Positions 25,061 through 38,745 of a stretch of 64,000 bases of DNA are shown here, piece by piece; the stretch's first letter is position 1; every line of letters begins with the position of its first letter. Where the stretch lies: assembly GCF_006345805.1 (NCBI RefSeq), contig NC_042997.1, positions 199,640,001 to 199,704,000 on the forward strand. The letters run 5' to 3'. Under the pieces are notes generated by a model, which saw nothing but the letters and a program-made list of their open reading frames with translations, was not told where the DNA came from and searched no databases. A program made the position numbers and the translations under genes. Origin of the DNA: Octopus sinensis (Eukaryota).

Positions 25061-25095
<35 letters not shown>

Positions 25096-25110
25096 GTGTG
25101 TGTGTGTGTA
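24893..25110. repeat. (TA)n/(TG)n microsatellite with a 114-bp insert (24948-25061)
   Basis: Insert flanked by (TA)n on both sides; its minus strand begins TCGAAACGTTAAAGAC. Confidence 0.85.
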
Positions 25111-25430
25111 TTTATATATTAATTTACTCACACAAACACATGTGAGTCTGTGTGAATCAGTTATGAATTAGAAGAAACAAAATCTTGAATATTCCGTAGT
25201 AGTTGCTTTGTGTATTTTGACAAAAGAGACATAAGAAACATTGGAATAACATAGGCACAGGCAAGGCTGTGTGGTTAAGAAATTTGCTCCCCAGCCACAT
25301 AGATTCAGGTCAGTTCCACTGCATGGCACCTTCAGCAAGTATCTTCTACTTTAGCCCTAGAACAGCTAAAGACTTGTGAGTGGATTTGGTAGATGGAATC
25401 CCATTATGTGTATTTGTATGTTTGCATGTC

Positions 25431-25472
<42 letters not shown>

Positions 25473-25603
25473 TGTGCATAAGTGTGATTGTAATTATTTA
25501 CATTTATGCCCCTGAAAATTTCTGAGTTCGAAACAATCAACCAATTATCTGCAACTCTAGTGTATGCACACACACACGCGTGTGTATGTGTGTGGGGGGT
25601 ACA

Positions 25604-25666
<63 letters not shown>

Positions 25667-25670
<4 letters not shown>

Positions 25671-25805
25671 GTTGGCATTAGGAAAGGCATCCAGCTGTAG
25701 AAACTCTGCCAGATCAAGATTGGAGCCTGGTGCAGCCATCTGGTTCACTAGTCCTCAGTCAAACTGTCCAACGCATGCTAGCATGGAAAGCGGACGTTAA
25801 ACGAT
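25667..25805 (+). mobile_element. Family C 3' fragment after (TA)n
   Basis: GTGGTTGGCATTAGGAAAGGCATCCAGCTGTAGAAAC..GCGGACGTTAAACG. Confidence 0.85.
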
Positions 25806-25814
25806 ATATATATG

Positions 25815-26430
25815 TATGCATTCAATTTGTTAATAATAAAGCCCACTCCATGTTTTTGCTTGCTATAATCTCCATTGTACCACAATTTGTGGCTTCCATC
25901 TGTATTTGTGTCACCAAGTCCAATCTCGTCCAGTCCAGTCCACCTGACTTCAGCTAGCCCTAGGACATCCCAGGTATATCTATGAAGTTCATATGTAAGT
26001 TCCTTCATCCTTCCATTGACATATGAAATGTGGATGTTCCACATTTCAAAGATGGTATTTTCTTTGAGAAGGTTGAAGGCTGTTAGAGTAGGTGTCATTG
26101 TCACTGTTACTGTCATTCCATTTGCACATCATCGATCACTTCCACCCTGGTAGGTAGCAAGGAAGAGCAAGGTTGTTGGTTTCCAAGGTCTCAACTGATC
26201 TGGCATGTTATGATTTGATTATGTGTTTTCTTTTATGGTATTTTGGTGGGCCTTAGAAATGCTTGGTGATGCACATTTCTTGTCCAAGTGTTCAGTCCTG
26301 CAACTAGTTTAGCCTTCCAGCAGAAGCAGTTGCCAGGGTGTAGCTGTGAATGGTCTCAGAGCCAAAAGTGAGAATTAGGTGGGAACCAGTGTATCCATCC
26401 CTAAGGATGCTGTTCCTAGAAACCAAGGCA
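25815..26430 (-). mobile_element. RTE-clade LINE 5' end (AP-endonuclease N-terminus and probable 5' UTR)
   Basis: ORF has WNI..GRMKELTYELHRYTWDVLGLAEVRWTG..HKLWYNG..KHGVGFIINK, the APE domain start. Confidence 0.85.
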
Positions 26431-26439
26431 TACTCTCTA

Positions 26440-26820
26440 CCAAAACACCCCATTCTCTCTTATCAAATGCAGAACACAAAAGAAGCAGCTTTGTCAGGCA
26501 GCAAGTCAACAAATATGCTGGCAGACAGGAACCATTCCTTATGACAGTAAAAAGCTTGCCTGGTACAGTCATGCATTTCATCACAACTCCCTGCCTAAAA
26601 CCATTCTTCAGGACACAGTAAGGGAAGGCAAAAGAGAGAAACACACAGAAATTCCTGGTCTGACAACATGAAGGACTGAACAGGTCACAACATTGCAAGC
26701 CTGCTAGACAAGACAGAGGAAAGGGACCAATGGCAATGGTTGATTGCAAAAGAATATAGTGTGGCAGCCCAACAATTGGCTGCATAAGTTAAGGGACGCT
26801 GATGATAATGATGATGATAT
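26440..26820 (+). mobile_element. RTE-clade LINE 3' end
   Basis: EHKRSSFVRQQVNKYAGRQEPFLMTVK followed by decayed WYGH-like and ILQ-like motifs; ends in a (GAT)n-like tail. Confidence 0.65.
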
Positions 26821-27504
26821 GCGCATTACAATGTCACACTTAAAGATAACTAGAAACTTTACTCATCATGATATAATGTCCATCAGTGCAGAAAATATGA
26901 GAAATACATACTACACATGTAATGATTTACCTGGTGAAGGACAGATTATGTTTAGAGCTTATTTTTTTATTTACATTTTAATTTATTTATGTATCTATTT
27001 ATTTATTGGCTTAATCAAAAGAGGCACTGCAGCCTACATCTTTTCAAAGTCTCTGAGACTGGTGGTAGAGAAGCAAGGAAGTTTAACTTAGTCTGGAGAG
27101 AGGTTTCTTCTAAAAGCATTCACGGTACAGTGTGGTTGTGTTAAATCTGATAAAGGATTAAGTTTGTGACCCAATAACATCAACAGTCTCTCCAACATGC
27201 TTCCTCACTGTTTCCATCTACCAAATTCGACTCACAAGAAACTGGTTCATCTGAGGCTATGATAGAAGCCACTTGCCGAATGTGTCATGAAGTAAGATTG
27301 AGCCCAAATTAATCCTGATAGAAAAAGTGTTCTTGTATGTGGAACTGTACTTTGATTGGAATGCAAATTGCATGACCAAATTTGTCTGAAGTACACTAAT
27401 TGATTAACACATAGTGACGAGACTCATTTTCTAAATTACTTATTCTGATTGAAAAAAACAACAGGACTGAAATTTTTATTAAAATCAATACAATAGGTGC
27501 AAGA

Positions 27505-27875
27505 ACAGCCATGAAGTTAGAAAGCAGTCTTTGCAACCACATGGTTTGGGATTCAGTCCCACTTTGCAACACTTTGGAGTGTGTCTTCTGCTATAATTGT
27601 AGGTTGACTGATGCCTTCTGAGTAAATTTGGTTCATGGAAATTGAGTGGAAGTCCACCGTATGTGTATAACATATGCGAATGTGTGTGTCTGTGTATGTT
27701 GCCCACTGCATGGCATCTAATATTGGTTTGTTTATATCTGACAAAAGAAATCAACAGAATAAGTACCAAAGTTAAAAAATAAGTACTGGGATCAATTTGT
27801 TTGATTAAACCCCTGAAGGCAGTGCCCTGGCATGGCTGCAATCCAATGATTGACACAAGTAAGAGATAAAAGATA
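27505..27875 (+). mobile_element. SINE family B, decayed
   Basis: Head, (TG)n and tail motifs present. Confidence 0.75.
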
Positions 27876-30015
27876 AGGAATAAAGCCAGAAGTGAGTGAT
27901 CTTTAGCAATACAATGACATTCAAGGAGGTCAAATAAGGCTGAAAAATGTCTACAGTTATTGCTATACAGATTAAGATCAGACTCACTCCCACGGCAGTC
28001 TAGAGTAAATTTTAATTAAAACTTCAGGAAAGGATAGTATTAAATGCTAACACAGATAAACAATCAAAGTTAAATACTTCCCAAACCAGTTTTCTGTAAA
28101 ACAATAGGTCCTCATGAATTAACAAGAATCAAATCTCACTCAAGAACTACTCTGACAACTTGAAAAAGAAGAAAGGATACATTGACTAATGCATTCTTAG
28201 ATGTTTCTGAAAAGCCAGAATGGTTTGAGCTGGAAAACTTTTGGTAAAATTAGATTTCAAAAAATGACAATATCCTTTGAAAATGAACGTTATGGTATTG
28301 AACCTAAAGCCACATGACTGGGAAGCTAACTTCTCAATTACACAGCCATGCCTGCATCTATAAGTCATAACAATTAACTTTGGTACTCAGTCATATGGGA
28401 TTGAATCAGTGATCAATATATGACTGATAAATTTTGTATCAATCCTTGAAAGATAAAAGATCAAGTGAACAGAAGGATTTTAATTAACAATACATGTTCC
28501 CAATTAAGGCACAAGTCTTTGAGGAAAAATGATAATTTCTACATGGTCAAGTTCGCACATTTTGAGCGATGGTATATTCAGATTAATCTTAATACATAAC
28601 TATACTTATCTCTTCTAAAAGTAACGCCAAATTTCTCAAGTTTTATATTTCCACAAGTCAGATATTTTATTATTTTCAGTTAGTATCTTGAATCAGTAAA
28701 AGTATATTAAAACTTTTTTTCTCTTCACTATTTCAGATATGCTGTGTGTATGATCACTGATCATAACACATAACAAAAGAGCCACTAAACTACAAGCAGC
28801 AGTTTTCTGACAAGAAACTGGATAAAATCAAATTTAACATCTAAGAAAATTTAAGAAACAAAACAAAAAAAAAATCATGTTCAAATAAATAAATAAAAAT
28901 TCTAATAATTTCAAATTTATTTCACAATTTTTCAAGAAGTGCTGAATATTATTTGTAGTCATAACCTAGTGTTATTGACCTCCTTGGTTCTACTGGACAT
29001 TAAAACCTATCCTTTAGTTAAATATAAATTTACATTCATCTAAAAAATTCAAAAGGAAAATGTTTCAATATTTCTTTTTAAGGTCACAGTTTGTGATCAA
29101 CATACAATACTGCCAGTGAAATATGTTTCATATAAAAGTAATATTTCTAAAAAAAATTTAACAAAATTTTCATAAACATGCAGGAAATAATTGTCAACAG
29201 AAACAATTTATTTGATTAATGCACCAGTTGTTATTTAATATTTTTATAAAGCTGTCATCTAATATTTGTGAGTTTCAAGGAGTGGGAGCTGAAATTTCAA
29301 TAACTTCTGAAGATTAGATTTTCCTCATAACAAAATCATATGAAATGCTCACAAATTTAGTTTATTCTTCATCAGGTTTTTTAACTTGTTGAAAGTAATT
29401 TGTAGCTAAAGTAAAGAAATTTCTAGTTTATTCGTGTATTTTTAAGTGTTAGTCTAGTTGTACACAGCACCTAAGTTTACTTCAAATTTTGATAATTATC
29501 TGGTAAAATGTGCAATTCTTAAAGAATAATTATCTATATTTTAAATAACATTTGAATTTGTTTAACTTTTCTTTCCCTGTAAGGTGGGTAAATTCTTCAA
29601 CCCTGTATAAGTCCAAGACCATCACTAGTCACATTTTGAGGCCTAGTAATTATCAATAACTAGATGACCTGAAGCAACTTTAGAATAAAGGTTTCAAGCC
29701 TGGTATCATAACAAAAAAATGAAGTACCTACAGTAGATTTGAACCTATGAATAAGTAGTCCTCTACATTATCCACTTTGTGGTTGCTAAACTTGCTACAA
29801 ATAGCAGCCAAAAATTCCCTCATATCACATGTTGTAGTTATTAGAAAAAAGACATGCAGGAAACTGTTGTTCAGCATACACAATACTTGCAAAAAGTTAG
29901 AATGTCTTTGGCCCAAGATACTCTGAATTGATGCTTACTTGACAGTTAAACAACAACAGTGGTGTCTACTATAAAACTAGTAATGGTCCAGAGACAATAT
30001 AGAAGTAATAATATT

Positions 30016-30228
30016 CTTTTCAACCCTAGGCACAAAACTCACAATTTTGGGGGAGGGGGCCAGTCAATTAGATCAACCCCAGTACACAACTGGTATTTAA
30101 TTTATCGACACTGAAAGGATGAAAGGCAAAGTTGAGTGCAGTAGAATTTGAACTCAGAATGTAAAGACAGACGAAATACCGCTAAGCATTTCGCCTGACG
30201 TGCTAACATTTCTGCCAGTTCGCCACCT
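30016..30228 (-). mobile_element. SINE family A with 18-bp TSD
   Basis: TATAGAAGTAATAATATT at 29998-30015 and 30229-30246. Confidence 0.92.
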
Positions 30229-30486
30229 TATAGAAGTAATAATATTAACTCTGCTAGCTGAGTGGTTGTACGATTCAAACTAGCTCTGACCATGCAAATC
30301 TTGTTTTCCAAGTTTGTCACATTGTCAATAGGTTTAGAAGTTGTGACAATATGAGAATGTTGCATGATCTCCAGCAATCTGTTATTATATATCATTGTTT
30401 AGCAACAGGCCAGCTCTGCTTGAGTAGACCTGTAATCAAAGACATTCAAGCCATGACCATCCTGTCTTCTCACATGTAGTTTATCT

Positions 30487-30855
30487 TTTATCTTTTACTT
30501 GTTCCAATCATTAGACTACAGCCATGCTGGAGCAGTCTTCAAAAATTTTTGGTGAATGAAACAACCCCAGTACTTATTTCTAGCAGTCTCTTTTACCAGA
30601 CTGCTAAGTTACAGAGACATAAACACACTAATATCAGTTGTCAAGCAGTGCTGGGGGACAAATGCAGATACAAAGACACATACATAGATATCTGATGGGC
30701 TTCTTTCAGTTTCTGTCTACCAAATCCACTCACAAGGCTTTGATTGTCTTGAGGCTCTAAAGTAGAAGACACTTGTTCAAGGTACCACATAGAGGGACTG
30801 AACTCAGAACCATGTGGTTGGGAAGCAAACTTCTTATCACACAGTCAGGCCTGAC
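30487..30855 (-). mobile_element. SINE family B
   Basis: Full head-to-tail reverse-complement match to other B copies. Confidence 0.85.
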
Positions 30856-31227
30856 ATACATTTTATTTATTTATTTATTATTATTTTTTTTTTTAGAATA
30901 AGATGTCATTTGAAAGCAACTTGGCTATCATTTCTAACAGTCAGACAATCACTGAGAGGGTCTCCCAAGTTTTTCTGTAGGCAAGGATGGCACCAAACAT
31001 ACTTATTCCTCTGCTTTGGTATGGATACAAGCACCATATTTCAGACTAATGGTGTTATTGATTCTGCAAGCTTTGAGTTTGTCTAGAATAAGTAAGCAGT
31101 GTTCTTATGTTTGTGCACAGTAATGTATTGGGGGTATGCTAGTCATTATTTGATATGGAAGGGTGACTGAACATATAATGGCAAAAGAGTGTGAGTTAAA
31201 AGTAAGTTCAAGGATTGTTGGTTGTAT

Positions 31228-31590
31228 AGGCGCAGGTATGGTTGTGTGATAAAAAATGTGCTCCTCAACCAGAGGATTCTGGGTTCAATTCCACAGTGTG
31301 GTACCATGAGCAAGTCCTGCTATAGTCTTGAGCTGACCAAAGCCTTGTGAGTGGATTTGGTAGACAGAAACTGAAAAAAGCCTATCATGCATGTGTGTGT
31401 GTGTCTGTGTGTCCCTCCCCAGTACCTGACAATTGGTGTTGGCAAGTTTACATTCCTGAAACTTAGCAGTTCAGCAAAAATGACAGATAGAATAAGTACT
31501 CGGGTCGAATCATTCAACTAAAATTCTACAAGGGAGTGCCCCAGCATGGCCACAGGCCAATGACTGAAGCAAGTAAAAGATAGAAGATAT
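31228..31590 (+). mobile_element. SINE family B
   Basis: GGCGCAGGTATGGTTGTGTG..CAGCATGGCCACAGGCCAATGACTGAAGCAAGTAAAAG. Confidence 0.85.
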
Positions 31591-32189
31591 AACTGCAGTG
31601 GTTGGTTGCATGAAGGAAAAAAATGTGCTTGGAGGGTAATTATTATTGATAGTTTGATGAGATGTGTTGGTGTGAGAGATAAACAATTAGAAAATAAATA
31701 GTCTGAATAAAGAGTTCAAAATACAGAAAGAAAGCAGCATAGCATGTTGATTTGTATGCATGAGGAATGTGAAGGAAATGATAATGAAACAAGATGGATA
31801 TAAGACAACTGAGAAAATAAAATTGTTAATCTAATCCAAGAAAGAAATTGATTACATTAAGTTCTGAAAGTTTTGCTAAAGTCAATTATCTTAATTATTT
31901 CATGAGTAACAGGGACATTTCTTTAAAGGTGGCATTCATAATAGAAAATAATGCTTTGCATGAGAAAAGAAGATTAAGTGGTTATCAAGTTGTAAGTTGT
32001 AATATTTTTCTTTAAGGAATTATGTTGAATATGTAAACAATAAGAGAATCATGTTCAGAGCTTGTTACAAAATGAAAATCTCTGGTTGCTGATATTTCAT
32101 TAACAGCTTTCTCCTCTGTTAATGAGCAATTACTTGAAATATAAGGAACTAATAAATTATTAACATCTCTTTCTACATTTGCCCTTGCC

Positions 32190-32396
32190 TTTGCTGGTAC
32201 ATCATAAAAAGCACCCATGCTGGTGTCACATATAAAAAGTACCTGTGCTGGTACCACATAAAAATCACCCATTAGGAAGGGCATCCAGCCACAGAAACCA
32301 TACCGAAACAGATAACTGAAGCTTGGTACAGCTCTCTGGCTTGCCAGCTCCAATCCAATATGGAAAACAGATGTTAAAGGACGATGATGATGATGG
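32190..32396 (+). mobile_element. Family C fragment
   Basis: AAAAGCACC repeats, AGGAAGGGCATCCAGCC, (GAT)n tail. Confidence 0.75.
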
Positions 32397-33357
32397 CATT
32401 GTAAGAAACTCATCACATTTTTCCTTTCTTGTTTAGGCTTATGACTATGGCCAAGATAAAGTTTTAATCTCATGAAGAGAAACTATCACTATAGCATCAA
32501 TTCTCATTTTAAAGATTTTTTTCTTGTTCTGCGCAATAAAAATACAAGACTTCTATTTTTCATAATTATTTTCCCACTAAAATACGTAGGTTTCAGTCAT
32601 ATAAAGTAGGAAGAAGAAAGATACTGGAAATACTGCAGCTCAAACAACAATAGTAGATAAGATAAGCTGGTTGTGAATAGCAAAATGTTAAGCTAAATAC
32701 AAATTATATATTTTAGTAATAGTTTAAGATGGTGGCTCATGTTTTCAAACCATTCCTGTCCTCCGAGTCAGATTAATGCTGATTTCTGAAGGCATTGCCT
32801 TCTAGAGAGGAAGAAGTGAATACAGTATTAATAGAGGATGCAGTTTTTAGAAATAGTGAAGAGGATCAAGTTTTAAATTATAGTAGTATGCAATTAGAAA
32901 GCTCAAAGGGGGAGAGGTGGTTTCAGTAGTGGCATGAGAGAGGAGTCTAGGACCCCTGTTGTGTTTAAAGTTATAGATTGTTGGTGAGTTAAAACAGCAT
33001 CTTCACTTTGGATACGTCTTACTTCATCTGTATGTCTGTGTTCCATTCCACCGGTAAGGGTAGTATTTTACCATAAACTGTGTCTGTTTTGCAGACACTT
33101 AGTAGTTGTTCAAATCTAAATTATTTCATGGATCTAAGGGTCATACTTAAGAATATAAATAAATTTACAATTTCCTTTTTGTCAAGCATAAGGTAGGGTA
33201 GGTGAGTATTTGTAAACTTGGGAAACACAAGAGTAATCTACTTGATAAAATAAACTTTAAAACATTTAAAACAGTTTTTTTATCTATTTTTTTCACATTG
33301 CTCTTCTTTTCATTTAAAATATTTTAATCAAATATTCATAAAAATACAAATACAGAA

Positions 33358-34440
33358 AGGCATACAGGATATGGAGGAGAGCTGGCATCTAGACATACAT
33401 CACACTGGCATGCAGGTGTATGGACATACTCTGATATCACATGAACAATAATAAAAGATGGTCCTGTGGCTAAAGCATACAAGATATGGAGGAGAGAGAG
33501 TTAATGTTAGCTTCTAGACCAGTCCAACATTTCAGTCATTAAACTAATGTATACATTCCTATGTATCCATGAACACTGCATACATGCATTGTACTGTGTA
33601 ACCTTTGACAATGAATATTCTTACTTTAAACTATGTTGATAACAAGAACTGTACTATAAAACAATGACTTTAACAATTCATACACAATTCTTAAAATAAC
33701 CTAAACTTTTATATAGACAAATTACAAAGAAATAAATTGCCTTTTCTGTTTAATACAAATTTAACTGCAACTTTCTGAAATTCACTTCTTATCCATGTTT
33801 TTCCTGCAGCAAGTTACAACTATATTGTAATGTCTGCAAAGATCACAGATACATCTTCCTCCAGACTAAAATAATAATAAAAATAATATCAGTAAAAAAC
33901 CTACTATTACATGAATTAAAAAATATAATTAGAGATAAATCAATGAGACTCAAATATAAATCAAAATGTAGTAAGGTTTCTTGCAGTAAATACAATTTTT
34001 GTAAAATTCTACCAAAGACAATTTTTGCTCCATGTGACTGTCTCATGTCTCTCTTCATTCAGCATGCCTATTTTATAAAGGTCAGTAATTGTAGAGCTTC
34101 AAACCAAACTCTGAAAAATTCATGACTTCCTTGGTAATGATACAGCAGAGGTTTTCCAGTCTTCTGCTGGTTGATTTAAAGTCTAGTCTGTGGATTACCA
34201 GCTCTTCTGAGCTTATCTTCAAGGGACAAAGTCTATTTGACCCTTAGGCAGGAAAACCAGTTCATGTGATATCAAAGCATGTCAAAGAGCCAGCTCTCCT
34301 TTCTTCCATAACTTGTATGCTTTAGCCACAGGAGCATCACTTATTATTGTTCATGTGATATCAAAGTATGTCCATACACCTGCATGCCAGCGATCCTCTA
34401 TATCCTGAATGCCTTAGCTACAAGCTCATTTTTCATTATT
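33358..34440. repeat. Inverted repeat pair (~140-180-bp arms with internal tandem subunits, ~760-bp spacer)
   Basis: CTGGCATGCAGGTGTATGGACATACTCTGATATCACATGAACAATAAT versus ATTATTGTTCATGTGATATCAAAGTATGTCCATACACCTGCATGCCAG. Confidence 0.85.
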
Positions 34441-37400
34441 TATACCATACCTGAGACCTTTGTCAGTAACTATTACCCCAAGCCAAAGCAGACCTGAGAA
34501 AAGTGGTGACTAAGAGGTAACTCTAAATTCTCCCAAACTCCTGATTTCCGAAGCTGGAGCTTCACCACTGGATTCCTTGTTAATTTTGAGGATGGAAGTT
34601 CAGGTTTAATTCTCACATTATTGAAACATTAGAAAGATATTGAAGGACAATGTGAAAGATGGAATGCACAGATTAGAAAAAATATTTTACATGATTCTTT
34701 CAATTACTTCAATAGCAGTAACATCCTATTGATTTATATAGCTATATATAGGAAGGAAGGACATATTAGACAATGTAACCCTACTTAGATATACGAGATT
34801 GTCATGGATAGAACGTCTTTGGTTACAGGTCTCCTGAATGAGGACTGACTGAGATTAAACAACAACAGAACGATGTCACATCTCCTACAATTAAAAGAGG
34901 AATTAAATATCACAATATTCCAGAAGCCATACAGAGATTCTGCTCATATAAAATTTGATTTAAAATAGGAGTTGCATAATACTGATTGGGCCAATGAAGA
35001 ACTTTGCATAGTAATTCAATATGCTAGATATAGCAGTCAAATGTCCTTCAATTCACACCCTAACATCTTAAAATAAGAAGTAAAACACAGGAAAATATCA
35101 CCCATGAGACAGGGAAAATATGAGATAATCATGGAGCTAAATTACTCAATAAAACCTAACCTAGGGTTAAACAACAGCTTTTGATTTTTAACTTTGGCAC
35201 AAAACCACAAATGTGCAAAAATAAAAATCAGTTTAAATTCTCCCAGCCTCATTATATTACTGGTATTATTTATTGAAGTGAAGAAAATCTAAATGAAGAA
35301 AGATGAACTATAGAAATAGAAAACAAGTCACCTTCCTATTCTCTCCTGCCATCTTAAAAAGAAGGACACACTGGCTAATGTATACTAGCTGAGATAAATG
35401 TCAGGATGGTCATGGTTAGAATGCATTTGATCATAACTTTTTTCAATTGTGTCTATTCTTGGGCTAAGCAACAACATATTATATTTAAAACAGTATAAGC
35501 AATAACCATTAGCAAAAATGCAAAAATTAATAAAGCCAGAACAGAAATTACAACCCATACAAAACTGGTTTCACTGCACCAAGCAGTCAATAATGAGTAC
35601 AAGCCATGTAATAAACAGCTAAAACTAATAGCTATAAACTGAAGCACATTCAATCTATAGGAAGGAGTGAACTAATCAAAATGATTTCTATGGCAAAACA
35701 CCGATCCTCTTACCATCAATATAAATTGAGTGTTCTGCCTTGCATTAAATCCATAAATTTATAAATAACCAAACAGCACACTTCATTACACATTAATTCA
35801 AAATTACCAGAAAGACTATAAAGTCGAGTCTTTGATAACTTTTAAATAAAGTATATTCAATGCAGTGCAAGAGGAGAAAATGAGGAAAAAAAAAATACAA
35901 AATTAATTTAAACTTTTCCATATAGAATTTTTATTTTTGGAGCAGAAAATATTTTTGTATGACAGTTTTCATCATGCAACTATCATCATAGCAAATTCTT
36001 TATTCATTTACAGCTTTCGACATGAAATATTTTTATTCTTTCATTGTTGTTTTTTTTTATATCTGAAAATTCTTTCCTTAGTATTTATTTTGTATTCGAA
36101 AAATACCTCTGTCCTCATAAACATTTTTCTTAAATACATTTCATTTTCCATTTTCTTGTAAAATATATTTTCTGATAATGCGTATATTTTTATGCTAGAA
36201 TAGATTTTTCTTTCAGTGAGGTTCTTTAGTTGTTAAAATAATTTTGTCCTGCACTGCTAAGTCATAAATAACATAACCAACTAATACAATGCACACCAAA
36301 AATTATTGCATCTCTAAAAAAAATATTAGTTGTTGTTATGTGACTTAGCAAACTATAGCCATATCAAGGAGAGTAATCTGTTAATTGTGTGAAGGAGAGA
36401 TTGTTCGTAGATAAGAACATAATTCTTACACTAATCTGAGAAAAACATACAAAATATATTATAACAGAGCAATATTCTTTCTTCAGGAATTCTATCAATG
36501 CTTTAGTTGTGATGTCATAACAGACCATCAGGGATTCTCATAAACTAGAATTTGTAGTAGTTTAAAGGTGGAGGGACTAACTATGTTATCCGTGTCTAGA
36601 GAGAATATAGTGTCATACTACCATTGCTTTGTTATTTGTAGTGATTTTCTGTGTGCATTTAAAAGAAACTATGTTGCTATACCCCAACTGCAAGTCTAGT
36701 GCAAGGTACCAAGCTGTTTTCTCATTACAGATGCATGTGGTAAGTTAAATGATAAAAGGTGGTATTAAGAAAAGAGGAATTCATAAAATTAAGATGTACA
36801 AGTTTAGCATGAAGTCAAAATGGTTGCTGGAGGAGCTCTGGAGAAGCAATCGAGTAATCAGGTAGCTGGCAGAGACTACAAGCAAGCCACTGTAAAGGAG
36901 GGAAAATAAGGGAGCACAGCAGGTAAAAGGTATTAAAAATGTGAAGGAGGGATAAAAGAAAGAAATGCATGTATTCTAGTTTTTGGAGGATATTAGCAAT
37001 GGCAGATAAGTGGGACATGTTAGTGGATGAGAAATGGAAGCAGATAGATAATGCTAGCAGAAATGGTGAACACAGCCTTGAGACTTGAATAATTTCTTGA
37101 GCTACATTTCCTAATGGTCAGATTGCTTTGTTTCTCATGCTTCATGTCAATATTGATATGAAGTCAATTATCAAACACAGTCGTTTGTCCTTCTCAGTTA
37201 ACTAAAAATCACTTCTTGGTACATGCTACAATTTCATTTATCATCCAGTGAGGGTAAGTTATTATACAATATTATCTAAATTTGAGTACAAACATGTGTT
37301 TGATTATGGTGATGAATACAAATAAAATGGAAAGTTTGTTAAAAAAAAATAATGCAAAATTATATGTTAACTTTAGATTGCCAGACGAAAATGAAAACAA

Positions 37401-38499
37401 AACTTTTCTAATTTGGATATTAGAGGCCTTCACTTTACAGGCTGTAGTTTGTGGTTTAAAATATTTTTGATGGCAAAATTTAATACATGAAAAGCTGCAC
37501 TACCAAAACTAAACAAAATCAATACTGAAATATAAATAAATATCAAATAAAAAGAAAAGATTATCAATCACAAGAGAGGAAAATGAATGACATGAGATTT
37601 GATAAATGATATTTCATTTCTAATGAATAACATGATAATTTTAGTCTTAATAGTGGTTAATTATCAAGATTTTGTTTAAAAACTAAAACATCACTGAATT
37701 CCTTTTGTTGACTTCATTCAAAGCAGCCAAGTCACTTTGGCTCATGTTAGAGCCATCAATCTAAATATTTGGTCATATCATGTAGAAACAACAAAGTTTA
37801 CTGCAGCAATATATATATGATACTAAATGAGTAATAACAATTTTTTTCTGGATGCACAATAAAAGTTCATTGACTTCGTTTTTTACAGCAACAAACAACA
37901 TATCTATGATTTACCTTTACAATATGTCATAAAAGTGAACAGTGTTTACATAAGTATGAAGCAAAAATAGAATGCATTATTTGATAACTGAAATATAGCA
38001 TAGTATGGAGAGACTTGTATTAATAGAAAGATGGATGTGGAATTTCAAGATGCTAAGTTCAAAAACCTAATGTCAGAATCTGACATTTACTACCAAAATA
38101 TAGAAAATAGATGTGTAATCAATAGCTAAGTTAGTATTAAAATATTTAATACAATGGGAATCAAGCAGCTAAGTATAGATAATTATGAAGTAAAGGAAAA
38201 CAAAAGTCTTTTGTCTGACAAGTATGGGAGATAACTCTAAACATATTTTGGCCTTATCCTGATCTCAACAGGTGGTAGATTGGTTGAACATTAGAGCAGA
38301 CAAAATACTTTGAAATAACTAACCCTGGTATTTTAAATTCTGCCAAGGTTATCTTTGCCATTCAATTTCTCAAAGTTCATTAAAATAAAGCACCAGTCAA
38401 ATGTTGATGTTGATTTTATTTAACTGATACTGAAGTTTCACAGTTTTTTTTTCAAGTAAGTAACTTTGGTTGAGAATCCTCAATGGATAAGAAGTTCCT

Positions 38500-38745
38500 T
38501 TTTTCTTTATTTCCAACAAGGGGCTAAATATAGAGACGACAAACAAGGACAGACAAAGAGATTGAGTCAATTACATCGACCCCAGTGTGTAACTGGTACT
38601 TAATTTATCGACCCCCAAAAGGATGAAAGGCAAAGTCAACCTCGGCGAAATTTGAACTCAGAATGTAAATGTAAAGACAGACAAAATACAGCTAAGCATT
38701 TCACCCGGCATGTTAATGTTTCTGCCAGCTCACTGCCTTTATTAC
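38500..38745 (-). mobile_element. SINE family A with TSD
   Basis: AGAAGTTCCT at 38490-38499 and 38746-38755. Confidence 0.9.

Noticed and set aside
35453-35653. Hydrophobic ORF resembling a membrane protein
   Set aside because: T-rich composition explains it, and the nearby splice sites give no consistent open frame.
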